DNA of 64,000 nucleotides. Source: an uncultured Candidatus Peribacteria bacterium (GTDB lineage: Bacteria; Patescibacteriota; Gracilibacteria; RBG-16-42-10). Made by a program: the position numbers and the translations under genes. Position 1 is the stretch's first letter, and the number at the start of each line of letters is the position of its first letter. The stretch lies in contig CAZERA010000001.1 in the NCBI GenBank assembly GCA_964514565.1, forward strand, positions 248,001 to 312,000. Reading direction: 5' to 3'. Shown piece after piece: positions 60,449-64,000 of this stretch. A model generated the notes under the pieces. The model had not been told where the DNA came from. It saw nothing but the letters and a program-made list of their open reading frames with translations, and searched no databases.

Positions 60449-62591
60449 ATGGCAGATCCCGCTCGCAATCTCGACTCCAATAATGACGCTCAAGATAAGG
60501 GTAATGATCAAGTACCTTTTGAGATTGAAGCAGGAGCACCTCAAATTAAATCTACTACGATTAGTGGTGGTTCAGGTCAAGGAACAAGTAGTAGTACTGT
60601 AGGTCCATCAATCCCAGCCAATACCAATGCTGTTGGAAATGATAATGATCAAGCGCCTAGCAATGGAGCCAACGCTTCTTCATCAGGTCCGTCAGCTTCT
60701 GGCACTGCTCCTAGTTCTGGATCAACCGGACAAAACACACAACAGCCTCCACAGGCTGGATCAAATCAGCCACCAGCAGCAGATCCAGCAATAAATACCG
60801 ATGGTTCTCAGGTTAGTACTAAAGGAAATCAAGAACAAACAAAAGATAAAGCAAAAGCAGCAGACAAGTCTTCTCCTGAAGACAAAAAAGACCCTGAGAA
60901 AAGTGCCAATGAAAATACTGAAGTTAAGAAAGAAGGTGAACAAGCTGCTGCAGGCGAAACAGACAAGATAAATAAGGAACAACAATCAAAGACTGAGGCC
61001 GCAGCTAAAGATTCTGATCCAGAAAAAGCTGCACAATCACAGGCAAAAACTAACCCCGTAGCTGCTAATGCTAATCCAGCTCAGCAAACTGAGAATAAGC
61101 CTGTTTTGCCCAACCCTGCTCAGGCTAGAGCCGGGGCAGGTCGCCGCAATCCACTAAGAACTAATACTAAGCCTACATCGACTGGCCAATCAATTAGTAA
61201 GCCACCGAGTGCCATTGCTCCAAACTCAGGTAATACCGCTAAACCATCGACTGCTCCTACTGGTGGCACTTCCTTTGCCAATAAAGCGCAGGATCAAATG
61301 CGCAAAATGGCTGATCGCCAATCAGCAGATGAAAAGAGTGGCAAAGTAGAGTCTGATAAAATGACTCAGGGCCCAGGAATAGATGCTAAAAAAAGTGGCT
61401 CTATCACTTCGCAAGTAGCTGATTCAGCCAATGTCGAAAAGAAAGTAGCTGAGGGGGCTGCTAGACGNNNNNNNNNNTGCTGGTGGCTTAGGTGCAAGTA
61501 AAGGAACTCAACAGAATATTACTGTGAGTCTGATTACCCTTATCAATATCGTCTTCTTAGTATTGGAAGTTTTGTCTGGTATCGGTGTTTTGATGTTTAT
61601 TCTCCATGTAATTCTTTTTCTGTATTGGCTTTTTACAGAAGATCGTTGGAAGCACTCATGGATGGCTGCCGCTGCAGTTTTTCTGATGCCATTTTTGAGT
61701 GTGTTTGGCATTATTGCTGGTTTTTGTATTGCGATCATGGGGACAGCCTTTATTGCTTGTCACCAAATGGCAGAATCAATTCCGGCTGGTATCCCTATCA
61801 ATGTAGTCACTAGTATCGGTAGCATCTTTGGTGCTAATACCGGTCCGTTTGCACAGGTGTGTGACTTAATCAATGTGCACTCTGCCGGTATAGGAGGAGT
61901 GAGCCGGCCACACACAGCTGCCCCTGCTACTACTGGCGGGGCCACTCATGCTGTGGGTACTATCAATGGACAAGTGGTATTGGTAGATGATAACGGTCAG
62001 ACCCTGACGCCTGTGATCGAAGGTACCCAATTAGTGCATCCTCAACCCCTATCAGCTGAATTAGCAACTCAAGCCAATCAAGCTGGATATGTTAGCCCTG
62101 CTAGTTGTAAATTGGGTGAGATTCCTTATAGCAATGAAATCATTAGTCGAAATGTTCTGCTTGATAATGGCCAAACAAAATTAGTTGCTTTCCCAATTCA
62201 CAAGACTATCGACTGTATTCAAAATGATCCCACTAAGCTCAGTGTGCGCTCAGTGCAGCTAGGCAAAGTAGTGCGTAGAGTAGAAGAAGATACGGTGCTA
62301 GGTAAGTATGTCACTGTCGAATATCCCAATGGTCTTCGCGTCTCTTATTATCACCTAGACGCTATTCCAGATACGATAGCCTTGGGTAGTGTCGTGAATG
62401 CCGGACAATCAGTCGGTACTATGGGAAAAACTGGTCAAATCAGCTTCACCGGCACCCAAATGCTCTTCGAACTCAAAGACGCCGATGGTAACTGGCAAGT
62501 CTTCAACCCAGTCCGAGACACCGCCGACACAAGTATTCTAACTATTTTCCCCTGCGCAGGAGACATCAGCACTAAATGTTTACTACAGTAA
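60449..62591 (+). CDS. Probably one gene split by an assembly gap: long disordered N-terminus, TM segments and a degenerate M23/LytM domain
   Basis: The first frame is open up to the Ns at 61468-61477. The M23 frame is open from 61479 (AGGLGASKGTQQNITVSL...). M23 motifs YYHL and VGTMGKTG. Confidence 0.65.
61468..61477. other. Assembly gap (10 N)
   Basis: Run of n in the sequence. Confidence 1.
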
Positions 62592-62608
62592 CTTCATAGT
62601 TTCCCAAC

Positions 62609-62640
62609 CTCTGCCCTCGTACCTCTGAACTCTGACCTAT
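62609..62640. repeat. Imperfect 7-bp tandem repeat (CTCTGAC type)
   Basis: ctctgcc ctcgtac ctctgaa ctctgac ctat. Confidence 0.62.
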
Positions 62641-62697
62641 CTTTGATCTCCTCCCCAGAGCTGTGTTATTGTGCTCTCGTAATTAAGCGTTTTTTCT

Positions 62698-63219
62698 ATG
62701 GCTTCCACTACTTCAACTCCATCACAAAAAGAGATCCCTGCAGCTGTTTGGGTTGCTTTACCTGTACTGATTGCGGTGCTTGTATTTGGTTATTTCCGTT
62801 TTCTTTCACCTGGAGATTTGACTGCATTTGCTCAATGTCTCAATGAAAAGAAAGCAATATTTTACGGCTCTAGTACTTGTCCTCACTGTGCAGCCCAAAA
62901 GCGTGATTTTGGTAAGGCTTTTCAATATGTGCACTATGTAGAGTGTAATGCGAATGGCCAATTGGCTGATGTTTGTAAAAATGAGGGAATCGATAGCTTC
63001 CCAACATGGAAATTTGATGGAAAGGATGCTACTACTGGTCGCCAAGATTTGACGATCTTAGCTGACAAGACTGGCTGTAAGTTGCCTGAAAAAGGCGTAG
63101 TCCAAGAAGGTTCTGATATTGTAAGACCTGGTAGTACTGATCAAGCTGAAGTGACCAAGGTAAATCCTACTACTAGCTCTAGTCCAGCGCCTACCCCTAC
63201 AGCTACAGCAACCAAATAA
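62698..63219 (+). CDS. Membrane-anchored thioredoxin-fold protein (type usually associated with VKOR)
   Basis: FAQCL, FYGSSTCPHC..QK..FG, YVEC, C....IDSFPTW, TGC. Confidence 0.85.
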   Translation: MASTTSTPSQKEIPAAVWVALPVLIAVLVFGYFRFLSPGDLTAFAQCLNEKKAIFYGSSTCPHCAAQKRDFGKAFQYVHYVECNANGQLADVCKNEGIDSFPTWKFDGKDATTGRQDLTILADKTGCKLPEKGVVQEGSDIVRPGSTDQAEVTKVNPTTSSSPAPTPTATATK

Positions 63220-63228
63220 TTGCTTTTT

Positions 63229-64000
63229 ATGTGGAGAAGAATGATGGGAGCTGCAGTTGCAGTACTAGTATACGGCATCGTCAGCTCCATCGTGGTAGCG
63301 ATGGCTCAGGGCTATACCTGGGATCGTAACCAACAAAAGGTGGTGATGACCAGTGTCTTGGAAGTCAACTCTTTTCCCACTGGTGCTCAAGTGAGTGTTG
63401 ATGGTCAAGCCTTGAAACAACTGACTCCACTTTCTATTGCTCAGACTCCTGGTGCGTATCAAGTGGATGTGACCAAGGACGGCTATTATCCTTGGCAGTT
63501 TTCTACTTTGCTTGCTCCTCAGCTGCTTACCCAAATTCCGCAGGTACCTTTATTCCCTCAATCGAATTTGTTTCACTCCTTAGCTTTGAGTGATTCAGTA
63601 AGCAAAGTAGTCATTTTTGATAATGGTTTATTATTGGTGACCCAAAGTGAAAAAGCTTTGCACTGGTGGCAAGAAAAGGATGGTCAACTCAAAGAAATTT
63701 TTACAGTGCCAGTATCGGTTGATGTGAAGTACACCTGCCAAGCCGATGGGCCAGTGTGTTTACTGGTCAATGATGATCGTGCTTATTTATTGGATTTGGC
63801 GATGTTGCGAATGCAATATGTAGAGGGGAGACCTTTGCTTTACGATCAACACACCTTTTTCCAATTCCATGATAGTTATTATCTGCTAACCAAGCAGGCC
63901 AACTCAGTAATTTTACAGAAAATTGGTACTACCATTACTAGTCAAACCTTTTTGGCTGATGCCGATGCATTTACACTCTCTGATAATGCCGTATTTTTTG
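63229..64000 (+). CDS. TM-anchored PEGA-domain protein; runs off the right edge
   Basis: MWRRMMGAAV...AQGYTWD...VNSFPTGAQVSVDG...TP....PGAYQVDVTKDGY; missing from the ORF track because it is open at the edge. Confidence 0.8.
   Translation, partial: MWRRMMGAAVAVLVYGIVSSIVVAMAQGYTWDRNQQKVVMTSVLEVNSFPTGAQVSVDGQALKQLTPLSIAQTPGAYQVDVTKDGYYPWQFSTLLAPQLLTQIPQVPLFPQSNLFHSLALSDSVSKVVIFDNGLLLVTQSEKALHWWQEKDGQLKEIFTVPVSVDVKYTCQADGPVCLLVNDDRAYLLDLAMLRMQYVEGRPLLYDQHTFFQFHDSYYLLTKQANSVILQKIGTTITSQTFLADADAFTLSDNAVFF

Noticed and set aside
60449..61501. Separate 350-aa ORF ending in CWWLRCK, or a frameshifted pseudogene
   Set aside because: The frame change coincides with a 10-N gap of unknown true length, and the downstream M23 frame is open right up to the gap.

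Overview
Chromosomal window of a reduced-genome bacterium, most likely Patescibacteria/CPR (Peregrinibacteria/Abawacabacteria-like; this is an inference from gene content). It uses the standard genetic code (TGA is a stop) and the genes checked lack obvious Shine-Dalgarno motifs. Left to right: two tandem SLH-anchored surface proteins, a ferredoxin and mscS; a ComEC-type MBL nuclease gene; an ~11 kb array of ten genes with a VirB2/TrbC-like pilin hairpin plus a PKD-repeat protein; radC and rel; a Trm9/ALKBH8-like methyltransferase gene directly head-to-head with elp3; comF, a PRC-barrel gene and tgt; an orphan ParB-wHTH fusion; HAD, PrsW, RNase P RNA, a protein O-mannosyltransferase and tRNA-Arg(CCU); a YbjN-like/trypsin pair; an O-antigen-ligase-like gene, mreB, mfd and infC-rpmI-rplT; three PEGA proteins and a hydrolase-pilin-C39 peptidase fusion; an SPFH-like pair; a P-type ATPase; and a CPR-type T4SS cluster (giant VirB6-like, PrgI, TraC-like, VirB4, degenerate M23, thioredoxin). 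The strongest candidates for something undescribed are the bacterial elp3/trm9 pair (a eukaryote/archaea-type mcm5U wobble pathway), the modular pilin-cargo display system, and dispersed intergenic heptamer-periodic tracts. All calls come from motif recognition by eye; no database searches were run.
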